Program-made: the position numbers and the translations under genes
Assembly: GCA_044351695.1 (NCBI GenBank)
Contig: JBILFF010000001.1
Coordinates: forward strand, 2,400 to 66,399
Reading direction: 5' to 3'
Length of the DNA stretch: 64,000 nt
From: Bdellovibrionota bacterium
Lineage (GTDB): Bacteria > Bdellovibrionota > UBA2394
The notes under the pieces: model-generated
Databases searched by the model: none
What the model saw: only the letters and a program-made list of their open reading frames with translations
Told to the model about the DNA's origin: nothing
Shown here: positions 40,158 through 50,277 of the stretch, in pieces
How positions within the stretch are numbered: the stretch's first letter is position 1
Layout of the letters: every line of letters starts with the position of its first letter

Positions 40158-41449
40158 TAGTGCAAGAACCTCTTAATCACATCTTCGGCGGTTTCTTGTT
40201 GTTGATTGGGTCCTTTGGGTCCAACGTACTGCATGTACTTCCACAGATCGCCGTAGTCCTCTTTGATCGGTGTGGTTCGAGGATCCAAAAGTAGTTTTCG
40301 AATTCCGGCGAGTCGCACACCAAAAGGCATATATTCACTCTTGGCCAGACTGCCCCCAAAAGGCTCGGCCGCAGAGACCGCAGCAAGTCGAGTACGAGTC
40401 GGAAAGAGAGAGCCCGTTGCACCCAGAGAATTTTCGAGATTCATAAACGTGCCTGACTGCGGAAACCAGTCGGCCGCAACAACCGCAAAGGGTTTTGGCT
40501 TATGCGGATTCTCTACAAAATGAATGGGAATCGCGTTGCCATCGATTTTTGAGAGCCGGTTGATCTTACCAATATTTCCCACACCCTCTCGTCCTAGGGC
40601 GTAAGCCGAAAGCGCAAGCGCCAGACCCGGAAAGCCACCCGACGTGCCCGCTCCGTTCACCGGACAGTAATACAGTGGCGGACACTTTGAGGGATCCGGG
40701 CAGGCATTGACACACATCGGCCCGAAATAAATAAGAGTGTGGGGCACTCCCGCAACCACTTGAGCGAGGTAGGCCCCCTTGTTGCTTGAAAAAGTGAGAA
40801 TCGCATTCTTTCGTTTTTGGCCCGATGCCGGGTTGGAGGCGTTGACGATCTCGTCCAGTTGGTTGGTGGTATCACCAGAACTCAAAAGCCCACCGCCATC
40901 TATTGTAAGCTCTGGCACATTGGCGCGCATCGTCGCCTCTGCCGCTTTTTGCATGGCTTTTGGTAGCTGCTGAAGAATGCGACGAATCTCTTCATGCTGT
41001 TGCATGATGCGTTCTTTGGCATCATCGTAGGTGTCTAAAGCGCGGCCAGCCACGACGACATTCATCGCGTTACATGCCACTGAGCAAGAGCCAGGGTCTG
41101 GCCAGATGCCCGGAAAGGCCACACGATTGGGGCGCTTGTTAATATCTTCAATTAACTTGAAGTACTCTTCTCTGATTTTAAAATTTTTTGCCTGAATTGA
41201 ATTTTCGCCCGAACTATAATTACCCAAATAATTGGCAGCGACAGATGCGGCAGAGTAAGCCGCCATATCTGTGGCTGTTTGCAAACGGATTTTTTGCCAA
41301 ACCATAAAGCCGCTGTTGATCACGAGCATAAAAAATCCCATGAACAATCCAAAAATCATCGTAAAGAAAACAAGTGCAATCGCTCGCCTTGACGATGGAT
41401 GAAGGAGCCTCGATTTAGTTGCTGGGCGAATTCGCATTCTGATCCTCAT
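40157..41449 (-). CDS. TadG-like (Tad_N domain) pilus assembly protein
   Basis: N-terminal TM followed by …QKIRLQTATDMAAYSAA, typical of the TadG N-terminal domain; start uncertain. Confidence 0.55.
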   Translation of the reverse strand: MRIRMRIRPATKSRLLHPSSRRAIALVFFTMIFGLFMGFFMLVINSGFMVWQKIRLQTATDMAAYSAASVAANYLGNYSSGENSIQAKNFKIREEYFKLIEDINKRPNRVAFPGIWPDPGSCSVACNAMNVVVAGRALDTYDDAKERIMQQHEEIRRILQQLPKAMQKAAEATMRANVPELTIDGGGLLSSGDTTNQLDEIVNASNPASGQKRKNAILTFSSNKGAYLAQVVAGVPHTLIYFGPMCVNACPDPSKCPPLYYCPVNGAGTSGGFPGLALALSAYALGREGVGNIGKINRLSKIDGNAIPIHFVENPHKPKPFAVVAADWFPQSGTFMNLENSLGATGSLFPTRTRLAAVSAAEPFGGSLAKSEYMPFGVRLAGIRKLLLDPRTTPIKEDYGDLWKYMQYVGPKGPNQQQETAEDVIKRFLH

Positions 41450-42239
41450 CTTGATTTTCTTGTGAAGGCGCCTCAACGACTCCAGACTCAAGGCCTGGGT
41501 TGAGCAGTACAGGCACGTAAACCTTATGCCATCGACGAGCGCGCTCGCGATCGTCTACCTGCTTTTCAACGGTGATCCCGCCCTCCGTGGTCGGCTGCTT
41601 GCCATCGAAGACACTGTAGGGGTTAAACAAAAGGCGGTTCTTAAATTGTAGTCGCATGATTGCGTAACGCAGGGGTTCGCGATCTTTCTCTTTAAATCCT
41701 CCTGAGAGGGCCTCGAGCTGAGCTCGATTTGCAAAATTAGACAAAGCATTATCTTCGTATTTTAAAAACGTAATCGACTTATTGATGTTGGTGCTTTCGT
41801 ACTTTCTTTCGCCCTCCATACAGGCGGCTCGTTCTTGATCTTGAGTGGGCGCTGCAGAAGTTAAATCTCCCTGAGGAGGCCGAACCCAGGGCAGTGCGCA
41901 GGTAAAAATATCTTCGGCCGTTCGAATGACGGTTAGAGTTTTTTCGGAACTCAAAAGACCAAGGTCGCCACTCGTGCCGCGCTCTTTGAACGCGTCTTTA
42001 CCGGTGTGATCGCCATACACCTGGTAACTTCGAGCAGCCATGAAAGCTGCGTAAGTGGCAACGGTTCGAGTGTGCATATAAACCCCAAGGTTAATGGTGG
42101 CAAAAGCGAGAAAGATGATGCTTGTGAAAACAAAGGCGGTCTCCAGAGCGGTTTGAGCCCGCTCTGGATTTCGCAACTTGAAACACAACCGACTCCGAGT
42201 CCCCGAATGTAAAAGTAGGGAGTTCACGAGGCCGAGCAT
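41415..42239 (-). CDS. TadE-like pseudopilin
   Basis: N-terminal …RAQTALETAFVFTSIIFLAFATINLG (TadE-type prepilin helix). Confidence 0.6.
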   Translation of the reverse strand: MLGLVNSLLLHSGTRSRLCFKLRNPERAQTALETAFVFTSIIFLAFATINLGVYMHTRTVATYAAFMAARSYQVYGDHTGKDAFKERGTSGDLGLLSSEKTLTVIRTAEDIFTCALPWVRPPQGDLTSAAPTQDQERAACMEGERKYESTNINKSITFLKYEDNALSNFANRAQLEALSGGFKEKDREPLRYAIMRLQFKNRLLFNPYSVFDGKQPTTEGGITVEKQVDDRERARRWHKVYVPVLLNPGLESGVVEAPSQENQDEDQNANSPSN

Positions 42240-42249
42240 CCTCTCTCGC

Positions 42250-42459
42250 TTACCGAGGTACAGTGGCGTTACCCTGAATAAGATTCTTTTGAATATCTTC
42301 AGAGAGTTTACCCTCGATCGCTTTTTTGACTTTATCGCCCACCACGTTCCAAGACGCCATGATCACTAGCGTAATGGCGCCAACCACCAGAGCGTACTCC
42401 AGAGCGGTTTGAGCTTTTCTGTTTTTTCGGGTTTTGAGTTTTTGAATCATTCGTTTCAT
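42250..42459 (-). CDS. flp: Flp family type IVb/c pilin
   Basis: …RKAQTALEYALVVGAITLVIMA carries the Flp motif (x-TA-LEY plus hydrophobic core); about 69 aa from an internal Met. Confidence 0.7.
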   Translation of the reverse strand: MKRMIQKLKTRKNRKAQTALEYALVVGAITLVIMASWNVVGDKVKKAIEGKLSEDIQKNLIQGNATVPR

Positions 42460-42517
42460 CGGTATTGCTTCTCCTTTTACAAAGTGGTTAATGGGGACAA
42501 ACTTTTGAGCAGCGTCA

Positions 42518-42769
42518 CTACGGGTAGGGGCGTCCAATCACGCCCATTTTTTCTTCGTCGCCGTAGGCGCTCTTGACGACATTACGAACGAGATTGTCTT
42601 TTTTGTTATCACCTGAGTCTTTGAGGTAGCTGTTGAGCACGATCGCGACCGGAATCACAAAAACCGCAATCATCAAAAAGTATTCGAGCGTCGTCTGAGC
42701 TCTGCGACGACTTACTTTAGAGCTCGAGCGTAAAAGACTTTGGGTGTTAAAAATCGCCTTCATCCGCAC
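42518..42769 (-). CDS. flp: Flp family pilin (second copy)
   Basis: …RRAQTTLEYFLMIAVFVIPVAIV Flp motif. Confidence 0.7.
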   Translation of the reverse strand: MRMKAIFNTQSLLRSSSKVSRRRAQTTLEYFLMIAVFVIPVAIVLNSYLKDSGDNKKDNLVRNVVKSAYGDEEKMGVIGRPYP

Positions 42770-42847
42770 TCTAGGATTGCAAAGCCCGTTCCGGGATTTG
42801 GGGCCTATAGATGGCTTATAATGGGTTTATAGGGGCTAAAATAAAGA

Positions 42848-42871
42848 GGCCCGCAGAAGTTTGCGGGCCTG
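42848..42871 (-). terminator. stem-loop, putative intrinsic terminator or attenuator between the giant lipoprotein gene and the flp genes
   Basis: Perfect 8-bp GC-rich stem GGCCCGCA-gaagtt-TGCGGGCC, followed on the minus strand by a U-rich stretch (UCUUUAUUUU). Confidence 0.5.
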
Positions 42872-42917
42872 CAAACACGGGCTGTGAAAGACTCATCAGG
42901 GCACCCAAAAGTCGTCT

Positions 42918-45900
42918 TTATCTAAAGGCTGCAGCGTTTGATGATCCGCCGCGCAGATCTGAGCTAGGCCCATCACCCGCCACGCCCGGCCCATAGCTCT
43001 GGTTTTGAGCGTACAGATCACTGCCATTGGTGATGATGTCTTGATTGCGCAAAACGGAGATGCGCTCACCAAGAATGCTCAACTCTTGATTGGCCACTGA
43101 AGCATTATAATTTTCGCCCAAAGCGTCTAGCAATAGGCCCACAGACATTTGTGAGTCCGCCAGCAAGTCTTGAGTATTTTGAATCGAGGTCTGATTAGAT
43201 CCCACGATAGAAACTTTTTCTCTCAGCTCATTCAGCTCATCGATCTTTGTGTTCAGAGCGGCGAGACTTGTTTGATAGCTTTTAATTTTTTGCTCTTCTT
43301 CTGGCGTTCGATTGTTCTTTTTACGAATCTCCTCCACCTCTGCACGCAGCGATTTCAGCGATTCCCCTTCTTGACGAATCTCGTCCAGCTTTGCAGCGTA
43401 GGCCTGAAAGCCCGCACACTCGTCATTTTCGTAGCCGCCCACGCAAGCATACTTTGCCTCTCTCTCCGCCCTGTCCATATCGTAGGCGCGCCTCAATAAG
43501 TCGGGCACGTTTGTAGAAGAATCGGGTGAGGGCGTGGTTTTAGCAGCGGGTGCGGCACTCGGCGCTGCTAGTAATGGAGGTGTGGTGAAGATAGGAAAAC
43601 CAAAATTGTTTACCTCAACACTTGCTGAAGCTGCAGCGGCAGCACTCGCACCACCGCCTGAGGCGACCGCCGAGGCCGCGGCTCCAGCACGAGGGCTCGG
43701 TGGCCCAACAAAACTTGGATCGTTTTCATAAGCCGCTGCACTGGCTACGCTGGCCGCACTGGCAAGGCCATCCACTGCTGCATCTGTCTGCGATGCACTT
43801 AACGCTGCTCCTGGCGCTGCCGTGGCCTCAGAGCCCACACCAGCCGCACTGACCGCTGCCGCGGCACTACCCGCACCCGCTCCGGGGGCTAGGCTTAATA
43901 AATTACTTAAACTCGAATCATCCGACCCATCCGAGGGCGCAGCAAAAGGCACGCCCTTCCAATCCGAATTTTTTCCATCGCCCGATTTTTCGCCACCCCC
44001 TGCAGAAAGTTGCCCAAGTGCCGAGTCATTTTCTTTTGGAAGTTCGACGTAGTTTTTGGGAGCGGATGGATTCGAATCAGAGGATGGTTCGCTCGACCTT
44101 AAATTATCATACTGAACTCTTCCCGTCTGCGTGTCCCCACCTCCCACATTGATCGCAGCATCATTTGCATCGGGCTGCATGTCTTTAGTCACTGAGTTTA
44201 CGTTCGCACTGACCCAGTCCGCGACGTTTGCATTGTCGGGGATCTTATCTGGGTTAAACAAGAATGAGTTTCCATCTTTGTTCGTGACCTTCACCGATTG
44301 GTGCAAAACGCTCGTACCATCTTTGCCAATAATCTGCTGATCGATCACCTCGAATTGGTACCCATCTTTGCCCATCTTCTCGCTAAGGCTTACCGAGCAT
44401 GCCACAGCAAGCGGACCACACGATAGTGGGCCCTGCCACTCCTTGGCCACTACCAATACAGCCGCTCCGCGCGTCATTCCCTGTGCGACACGCGAGTCAA
44501 CTTCTTGGCCGAACGCCTGCATTTCCGCTGGCGTCATACTTCCGGACTTATTCGAGATGGCTCGAAGGTCTTGGTTTTCGAGAATTACTTTCCCCACTGC
44601 CTCACCAACGCCCTGGTCCAGCTTGAGCTCTCCGGGAACATTAATGCTAGCAACTCCGTCGACTTCTCTGATCGTTCCAAGTCCCATTCCGGTAAGCTGC
44701 TTTACATAGGCATCATCAAGAGGGCGATTTACCAGTTCGCCATTCTCAACTTTCTGTCCGCCCATCACCATCACTCTTGCGGATCCATTTGGAAGCTTGT
44801 CCAAGTTCAAGGCCTTTTGCAGAGGCTCCTTCGCTTTTAACCGACCGTCTTTTCCAACCTCTGCGGTGGCCAATACAATTTCTTGGGTCGAAGGGGCAAA
44901 GAAACTAGGAATGCTATAGCTTCCTGTGTTGGTTTCGATCTTAATCGTGTCGCCGCGTTGTTTTTTTGAAGCCGGCTCATCTGAGAACGGATCGGGAGGC
45001 AAATCGCCCAACAGGCTTTGGGGGTCCGAGTCGACCCCCTCCTCTTCACCTGCATAGGCCGCAAGCTGCTTGGATCTCTCCTTGAGCTCGGCCTTTTTAT
45101 CTGTAAGCGCCCTATTCAGCTGCTCGACTCTCGCAAGCTCACCCGGCTTATCGAGATCGGGGTTCCCCCAGAAATTCGTCCCACCATTCACAGCCTTACC
45201 AACCTTGTCTTTATCTTTGAAAATAATCTGCTGGCCTCCACCGTCGAGTGGTTGGGTCTCGTATTCGAGACCGTTTCGTCGCGCAAAGTCCTGAATTCGA
45301 GCCTTGTCAGAGTTAGGCGTTCCAGCCCCCAAAATGACTCGGCCCGAAGAGGCGGCGTCGGTGAGGTGCCCGACATATGTCGAATTTCTCTCAAGCCGGC
45401 GATCAACCTCTGCCATCGCTCCACTGTGTCGTCTTAGGTCCGCGGCAAAACTCTTCGCCGCCTTATCTCCAAGAACCTGAAACCGAACCTGATCGGTGCG
45501 CGCTTGAGCTTCAGCAAGGCGCGCCTCTTTGTTCGCATCGACAGAGTATTTTGTAGCATCCGCTTGAGCCTCAGCTGCATCTCTCGCTCCCGAAGCATTC
45601 ATGGCCGCTCCGCCCACCGAACCCGCTAGACCAGCACCCGCCTGAAAAGCCGAGCCCCACATTTGCCCTGAAGCCGCATCTCTCTGGGCCTCCGCTTGAA
45701 TCTGCGCTTGTGTAACTCTGGCATCGGCTTCATATTTTCGCGCTTCAACATTTCCTTTTTGCTCTCCGCCTCGAAGGTCTGCGCTATTGTCGGCCTCTTT
45801 GCTCCGAACTTTAAGCTCTTCGAGTTTCAGTTCTTTATTTACTCCCAACTCCTTCTCTCTAAACTCACGATCTCTTTTATCTTTATCTTCTTGTGCCTTT

Positions 45901-46070
45901 CGAGCGGCTTCAGCTTGCTTTTCATCAAAGTCTCTTTTTTCTCGATCTTGGCGCATTTGAGTATCTACATCCGCTGCGCCCAGGGGGGTTTCATCTTTAC
46001 CGGTCATTCGTGCGTTGGTTGGCACCTCTTCATTACAAGCCACCAAAAAGAGGGGCAAAACAAACATCAT
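42918..46070 (-). CDS. giant (about 1050 aa) low-complexity lipoprotein of unknown function
   Basis: Internal start MMFVLPLFLVAC (lipobox); KE/D-rich coiled-coil-like segments and Ala/Ser/Gly-rich tracts; no recognisable catalytic domain. Confidence 0.5.
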   Translation of the reverse strand: MMFVLPLFLVACNEEVPTNARMTGKDETPLGAADVDTQMRQDREKRDFDEKQAEAARKAQEDKDKRDREFREKELGVNKELKLEELKVRSKEADNSADLRGGEQKGNVEARKYEADARVTQAQIQAEAQRDAASGQMWGSAFQAGAGLAGSVGGAAMNASGARDAAEAQADATKYSVDANKEARLAEAQARTDQVRFQVLGDKAAKSFAADLRRHSGAMAEVDRRLERNSTYVGHLTDAASSGRVILGAGTPNSDKARIQDFARRNGLEYETQPLDGGGQQIIFKDKDKVGKAVNGGTNFWGNPDLDKPGELARVEQLNRALTDKKAELKERSKQLAAYAGEEEGVDSDPQSLLGDLPPDPFSDEPASKKQRGDTIKIETNTGSYSIPSFFAPSTQEIVLATAEVGKDGRLKAKEPLQKALNLDKLPNGSARVMVMGGQKVENGELVNRPLDDAYVKQLTGMGLGTIREVDGVASINVPGELKLDQGVGEAVGKVILENQDLRAISNKSGSMTPAEMQAFGQEVDSRVAQGMTRGAAVLVVAKEWQGPLSCGPLAVACSVSLSEKMGKDGYQFEVIDQQIIGKDGTSVLHQSVKVTNKDGNSFLFNPDKIPDNANVADWVSANVNSVTKDMQPDANDAAINVGGGDTQTGRVQYDNLRSSEPSSDSNPSAPKNYVELPKENDSALGQLSAGGGEKSGDGKNSDWKGVPFAAPSDGSDDSSLSNLLSLAPGAGAGSAAAAVSAAGVGSEATAAPGAALSASQTDAAVDGLASAASVASAAAYENDPSFVGPPSPRAGAAASAVASGGGASAAAAASASVEVNNFGFPIFTTPPLLAAPSAAPAAKTTPSPDSSTNVPDLLRRAYDMDRAEREAKYACVGGYENDECAGFQAYAAKLDEIRQEGESLKSLRAEVEEIRKKNNRTPEEEQKIKSYQTSLAALNTKIDELNELREKVSIVGSNQTSIQNTQDLLADSQMSVGLLLDALGENYNASVANQELSILGERISVLRNQDIITNGSDLYAQNQSYGPGVAGDGPSSDLRGGSSNAAAFR

Positions 46071-46449
46071 ATATATAGATATTTTGTTTAGTAGCGCGAT
46101 CACCCTGACTCGAGACCGCGTATCGACACCATGCACTAAAGGGGTTGGGCTCATTCGATCACTACAAACCAGCAACAAAGGTGCCAAAAAATGTCACTCT
46201 GCGCTGTGAATAAGCATCCACAGGGCCTCTAAAAACCCATGAATTTAAGGTGCTTAGCTCGGGCTCTCTCTGCACAGGCGCACCCCTAGGGCCCGGACAT
46301 GCCCTCTACGCAAAGTGCTGCATAGCCAAAGACGATCCCCTGCGAGGCAAGCGGGTCTCAAGCCTGCGTCTAAAAACAGCCCCCACCTACCAAAACAAGC
46401 CCAGCCCAAAATAAATTACGTTTTATTTTGGTCTAGACCATTATAAAAT

Positions 46450-47610
46450 GTGGTTTATAATGGCCGGGTGTTAGAACGACTCATCCAGCACCCTGTTCAG
46501 CAGGATCTTTTGAAAAAGATTGTTTTTATCTCGGGCCCTCGGCAATGCGGAAAGACCACTCTTGCTCAAGAGCTCATCCGAACGAGCAAAGACTCGGGCC
46601 TATACTTAAACTGGGATGACCCTAAGGATCGCCTGCGCATTATCAGGCGAGACTGGGATGACTCACAAAGGCTCATTGTATTGGATGAAATTCATAAGAA
46701 TAAAAAATGGAAGAATTTTGTTAAAGGCACCTACGACACTCAAAAAACGAAGCACTCTTTTTTAGTCACCGGAAGCGCCCGACTCGACCTCTACCGAAAA
46801 GGCCAAGACTCGCTCATGGGTCGCTACCACCATTGGCGACTTCACCCCATGGGCCTTGACGAACACCCTCAATCGATGAGCCCCAAAGAAGCGCTTCGGC
46901 GACTGCTGCGGGTAGGAGGATTTCCGGAACCCTTTCTTGACGGAGGAGAAACAGTAGCCCGTCGATGGCGGCTTGCTCGACGCGAAAATATTTTTAGATC
47001 GGACATTCAGAGCATTCAAAATGTGGGCGAAATTACAAAACTCGAGCTTTGTTTTGACCTGCTTCGGTCTCGAGTGGGCTCCCCGATATCCTATAAAAGT
47101 TTGCATGAAGATCTCGACGTATCGGCTCCTACCGTTAAGGCCTGGACTGAACTTTTGAGCCTCAGCTACGCCAGCTTTATTGTTCGCCCCTACGCAAAAA
47201 TGGAGCGCTCCATCAAGAAGGCGCCAAAGATCTACTTTTTCGACAACGCCGATGTAGATGGCGACGAAGGCGCTGTTTTTGAAAACTTGGTGGCCAACCA
47301 CTTACTCAAAAAAATAAATTATCTTCAAGACAAGACGGGCCACGCTTACGATCTCTGTTATCTTAGAGACAAAGAGGGCCACGAAGTAGACTTTGTGATT
47401 TTGAAAGACCGAAAGCCCCTTGAATTGATCGAAGCCAAACTCTCCGACACCAACGATTACAAAAACCTGCAGTACTATGCGGAGAGGTTAAAGCCCGAGC
47501 GAGCTGTTTTGTTGGTGGCTCAACCTAATCGATCACTCTGGAAACGCGGCCGCATGGAATGCCTCTCGGTTTTCGATTACTTTGCGCCAGGCAAAGCGGC
47601 TGCGGCCTGA
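46450..47610 (+). CDS. AAA-family ATPase (DUF4143 / COG1373-type)
   Basis: Walker A GPRQCGKTT near the N-terminus; architecture typical of the widespread ATPase with a C-terminal DUF4143. Confidence 0.7.
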   Translation: MVYNGRVLERLIQHPVQQDLLKKIVFISGPRQCGKTTLAQELIRTSKDSGLYLNWDDPKDRLRIIRRDWDDSQRLIVLDEIHKNKKWKNFVKGTYDTQKTKHSFLVTGSARLDLYRKGQDSLMGRYHHWRLHPMGLDEHPQSMSPKEALRRLLRVGGFPEPFLDGGETVARRWRLARRENIFRSDIQSIQNVGEITKLELCFDLLRSRVGSPISYKSLHEDLDVSAPTVKAWTELLSLSYASFIVRPYAKMERSIKKAPKIYFFDNADVDGDEGAVFENLVANHLLKKINYLQDKTGHAYDLCYLRDKEGHEVDFVILKDRKPLELIEAKLSDTNDYKNLQYYAERLKPERAVLLVAQPNRSLWKRGRMECLSVFDYFAPGKAAAA

Positions 47611-47700
47611 CTGATTAACAGCGAGCAGGACCAAGCAAACACATCTCCTCAAAAACCACTAACCCCAAAAATAAAAAAATTTATTTTGATCGCACTGCGC

Positions 47701-50277
47701 TTACTGCAAATTTTTTCGTCTCACCGCTTGAAAGCGACGATTTGCTTTATCGGCCAGCTCGCCGCGAGGGTCTACCGTGTCGAGCGTCTTTTTATAGAAT
47801 TGCTCGGCCGCCACAATGTCGTCGGCCTCAAACTCAAAAACACGCGCCTGATTATAAAGCTGGGCCCCTTTGGCAGAGGTTTTAGACTCCAGCTCTGCCC
47901 GAATCTCTAGAAAGCTTTGATGATCTACACCCACCTGATCGCCAATTTGATACAGAAGATCCCAGGCCTGTTTAAAATTTTCAATCTGCACTAAGCTGGT
48001 AATGTCTTGTCGGGTTCGGTCGAGAGTCACTTTTATTTCTCTGATCAAGTCATCGCGCAAGCCCTCCATGCTCGCAATATCGCCGTGATCAGGATAGGCT
48101 CTGATGAAATCATTCGTCTTACGAAGCGAGTCCGAATACCGCTTTGCCAGAAACAGCTGATTGATCTCGGCAATCAAGTCTGCCCCCTTTTCTTCTTGCT
48201 TGGCAATCAGCGCCCGCCTTTTGCTGCGCTCCTCTATCGATTGATTCATTTGCCGCTGCTTGCCGCGCCACTCTGTCCCTGCACTGGTGACATACTCTGC
48301 AAATTGAGGCTTTTGCTTCACCAAATTGTCGAGGCGCTCTAAAAGTTTGGTCGCATAATCTTTTGCCCCATCAAAATCTTGGGCGCTCACATATTCTTCA
48401 TAGGTCTTATTATGCTGCATCATGATCTTTACAAAAGTCTCTCGCTCTTCCGGGGTAACCAACTGCCCCTTTTCGAGCCCCACAAAACTCATGCGCTCAT
48501 CGAGCTCCTTTCGCATGGTAAGCAGCTCGGCATTCTCTGGCGCCTCTTTTAAAAACAAATCCACATACTTTGAAGCCTCTTCATTGCGCTGCGCCTTAAA
48601 GGCCTCAATCATCCGTGATCTCATCAGAGCAAAAACTTCGGCGATGTTTCCGTTGTTGTCGATCAGCGCTTGAGTGAGCTCGGGATCAGAAAGAATACTG
48701 TGGTAAAGCTCTGCCGGCACTTGCTGCAAATACTGTTTCATGTCTTCGGGTAGCGGAAAACTTTGCATTTTTTGTAAGACCAAACTTTTGACGTCTTCGG
48801 GCGCAGCCTCACTGATCGGCTTGCCAAGATCTTGCGCAATTTGCGCGGGCAGAGCGCTTAATTGGCCCTGCACAAAACCCTTCAAACTGCTTTGCAAAAA
48901 TTCCTGAATGCGCGCCGTGTTTTGAAAGGCCCAGAAACTTCCAGCAAGCACAATAGTAGCGAGCGCGAGCCACCGCATTCTTTTTGAGCCCGATCGCTTT
49001 AGCTTACGATTGTTTGTCGGAATCATCATCGTCTCTTGGTTTGAGTTGGGAGGCTCAGACCCATCGAGCGCCGCATCGGAATCGGAAGCGGCAGCGGCAC
49101 CAGACTCCAAATCGCCCTCGACTTCAAATCGCAGCTTGAGATTACCTATCTGAATGATATCGAAATTTTTAAGCACGGCTTCGGGCTGTGTTTTGTCGTT
49201 CACCTGAACGCCATTGGTCGACTGAAGATCAACAACCACAATCTGGCCCTGAACCTCTCGGAACTCTGCATGAAAGCGAGAGGCGTTTGAGTCATCGACA
49301 CTCAAGTCGTTCTTCGGATCACGCCCGATCGAGTAGGGCAGCCGCGTGAGCTCAATCTCACCTTCAATCGGAGAGTGCGCCAGCGGGATCAGTCGATAAA
49401 TCGGCTCGTCCGCTCTTTGCGCTTTGCTTATGGGGTACTCAAAAGCCACTGTCTTTCGCGAGATCCCACTGCCGGCCGGCACCACGGCTTCTTTATAGCT
49501 TTCGTAGAGCTCATCGATGGGATCTTCAGCTCCACCCGAGGCTTCATCTGCCAAACCTTCGAGCGCAGCCTCAGCCGCCAGCTCGCTCTCGGGAATTTTT
49601 TTAGTGAAAGCCTCTGCTTGATCGATGCCCTCATCGGCAAAAGGGGCCGCACTCAAATCTTGCGATAAAATTTGAGACTCGCTCAGGCCCTCAATGGCAT
49701 CAGACAAAATAATCGTGCGCGACGAATGAGATTCAGCGATCGAAGTTTTTGATTTAGCCGTCGATTGATCTTCAAACTCAACAAAGCTTTCAGCCTGGCC
49801 ATGAAGCCTAGTTTTGCGACTGTCTGCCCGATAGCTTTGAGCAAAGATATCGGTGGCTCGCGAGGCATCGGCCTCCTCAACCCCCGCTAAAAGTTTGTCT
49901 TCGAGCGTGGCGTCTTGCTGAAGCTCTTGAATCAAAACCGCCTCTTCTTGATCTCCGTAAATGTTGGTTTGCCGAAAGCCCCCTGACTCTGCCTGAATCG
50001 TCGCCTCATCACCAAAGTCGTTTTCAGTAATTTCTTGAGTGGCAGTAGGCTCCTCCGACAAAAAGCCGGGGCTGTCAGGCGAATGCGCGAAGACTTCGTC
50101 TGAATGCGCTGGCACATCACTCAGTGGGTGAGACTGCTCTAAGGTGGTGCTCGGCTCATCCGTGACCGGAGCGGCGACGGCCGCAACACTCGATGAAGAG
50201 GCCTTTGCCTTCGAGTGGATTGCCGAACTGTCGGACATGCCGATCAGTTTTAAAAAGCTGTCATTTGCTGCACTCAT
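47701..50277 (-). CDS. FHA-domain membrane protein (acidic N-terminal region, FHA, TM, periplasmic helical C-terminal domain)
   Basis: FHA signature …YSIGRDPKNDLSVDDSNASRFHAEF…TNGVQVN; TM MRWLALATIVLAGSFWAF; 858 aa. Confidence 0.65.
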   Translation of the reverse strand: MSAANDSFLKLIGMSDSSAIHSKAKASSSSVAAVAAPVTDEPSTTLEQSHPLSDVPAHSDEVFAHSPDSPGFLSEEPTATQEITENDFGDEATIQAESGGFRQTNIYGDQEEAVLIQELQQDATLEDKLLAGVEEADASRATDIFAQSYRADSRKTRLHGQAESFVEFEDQSTAKSKTSIAESHSSRTIILSDAIEGLSESQILSQDLSAAPFADEGIDQAEAFTKKIPESELAAEAALEGLADEASGGAEDPIDELYESYKEAVVPAGSGISRKTVAFEYPISKAQRADEPIYRLIPLAHSPIEGEIELTRLPYSIGRDPKNDLSVDDSNASRFHAEFREVQGQIVVVDLQSTNGVQVNDKTQPEAVLKNFDIIQIGNLKLRFEVEGDLESGAAAASDSDAALDGSEPPNSNQETMMIPTNNRKLKRSGSKRMRWLALATIVLAGSFWAFQNTARIQEFLQSSLKGFVQGQLSALPAQIAQDLGKPISEAAPEDVKSLVLQKMQSFPLPEDMKQYLQQVPAELYHSILSDPELTQALIDNNGNIAEVFALMRSRMIEAFKAQRNEEASKYVDLFLKEAPENAELLTMRKELDERMSFVGLEKGQLVTPEERETFVKIMMQHNKTYEEYVSAQDFDGAKDYATKLLERLDNLVKQKPQFAEYVTSAGTEWRGKQRQMNQSIEERSKRRALIAKQEEKGADLIAEINQLFLAKRYSDSLRKTNDFIRAYPDHGDIASMEGLRDDLIREIKVTLDRTRQDITSLVQIENFKQAWDLLYQIGDQVGVDHQSFLEIRAELESKTSAKGAQLYNQARVFEFEADDIVAAEQFYKKTLDTVDPRGELADKANRRFQAVRRKNLQ

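Noticed and set aside
43170-45437. Multiple plus-strand ORFs of 65-139 aa
   Set aside because: All lie antisense within the 1089-aa lipoprotein gene. The low-complexity GC-rich sequence generates long spurious ORFs.
47668-47687. AT-only inverted repeat AAAATAAA-aaaa-TTTATTTT between the convergent DUF4143 and FHA genes
   Set aside because: A pure A/U stem would be extremely weak as an RNA hairpin. It may act as a bidirectional terminator but the evidence is too thin to call.
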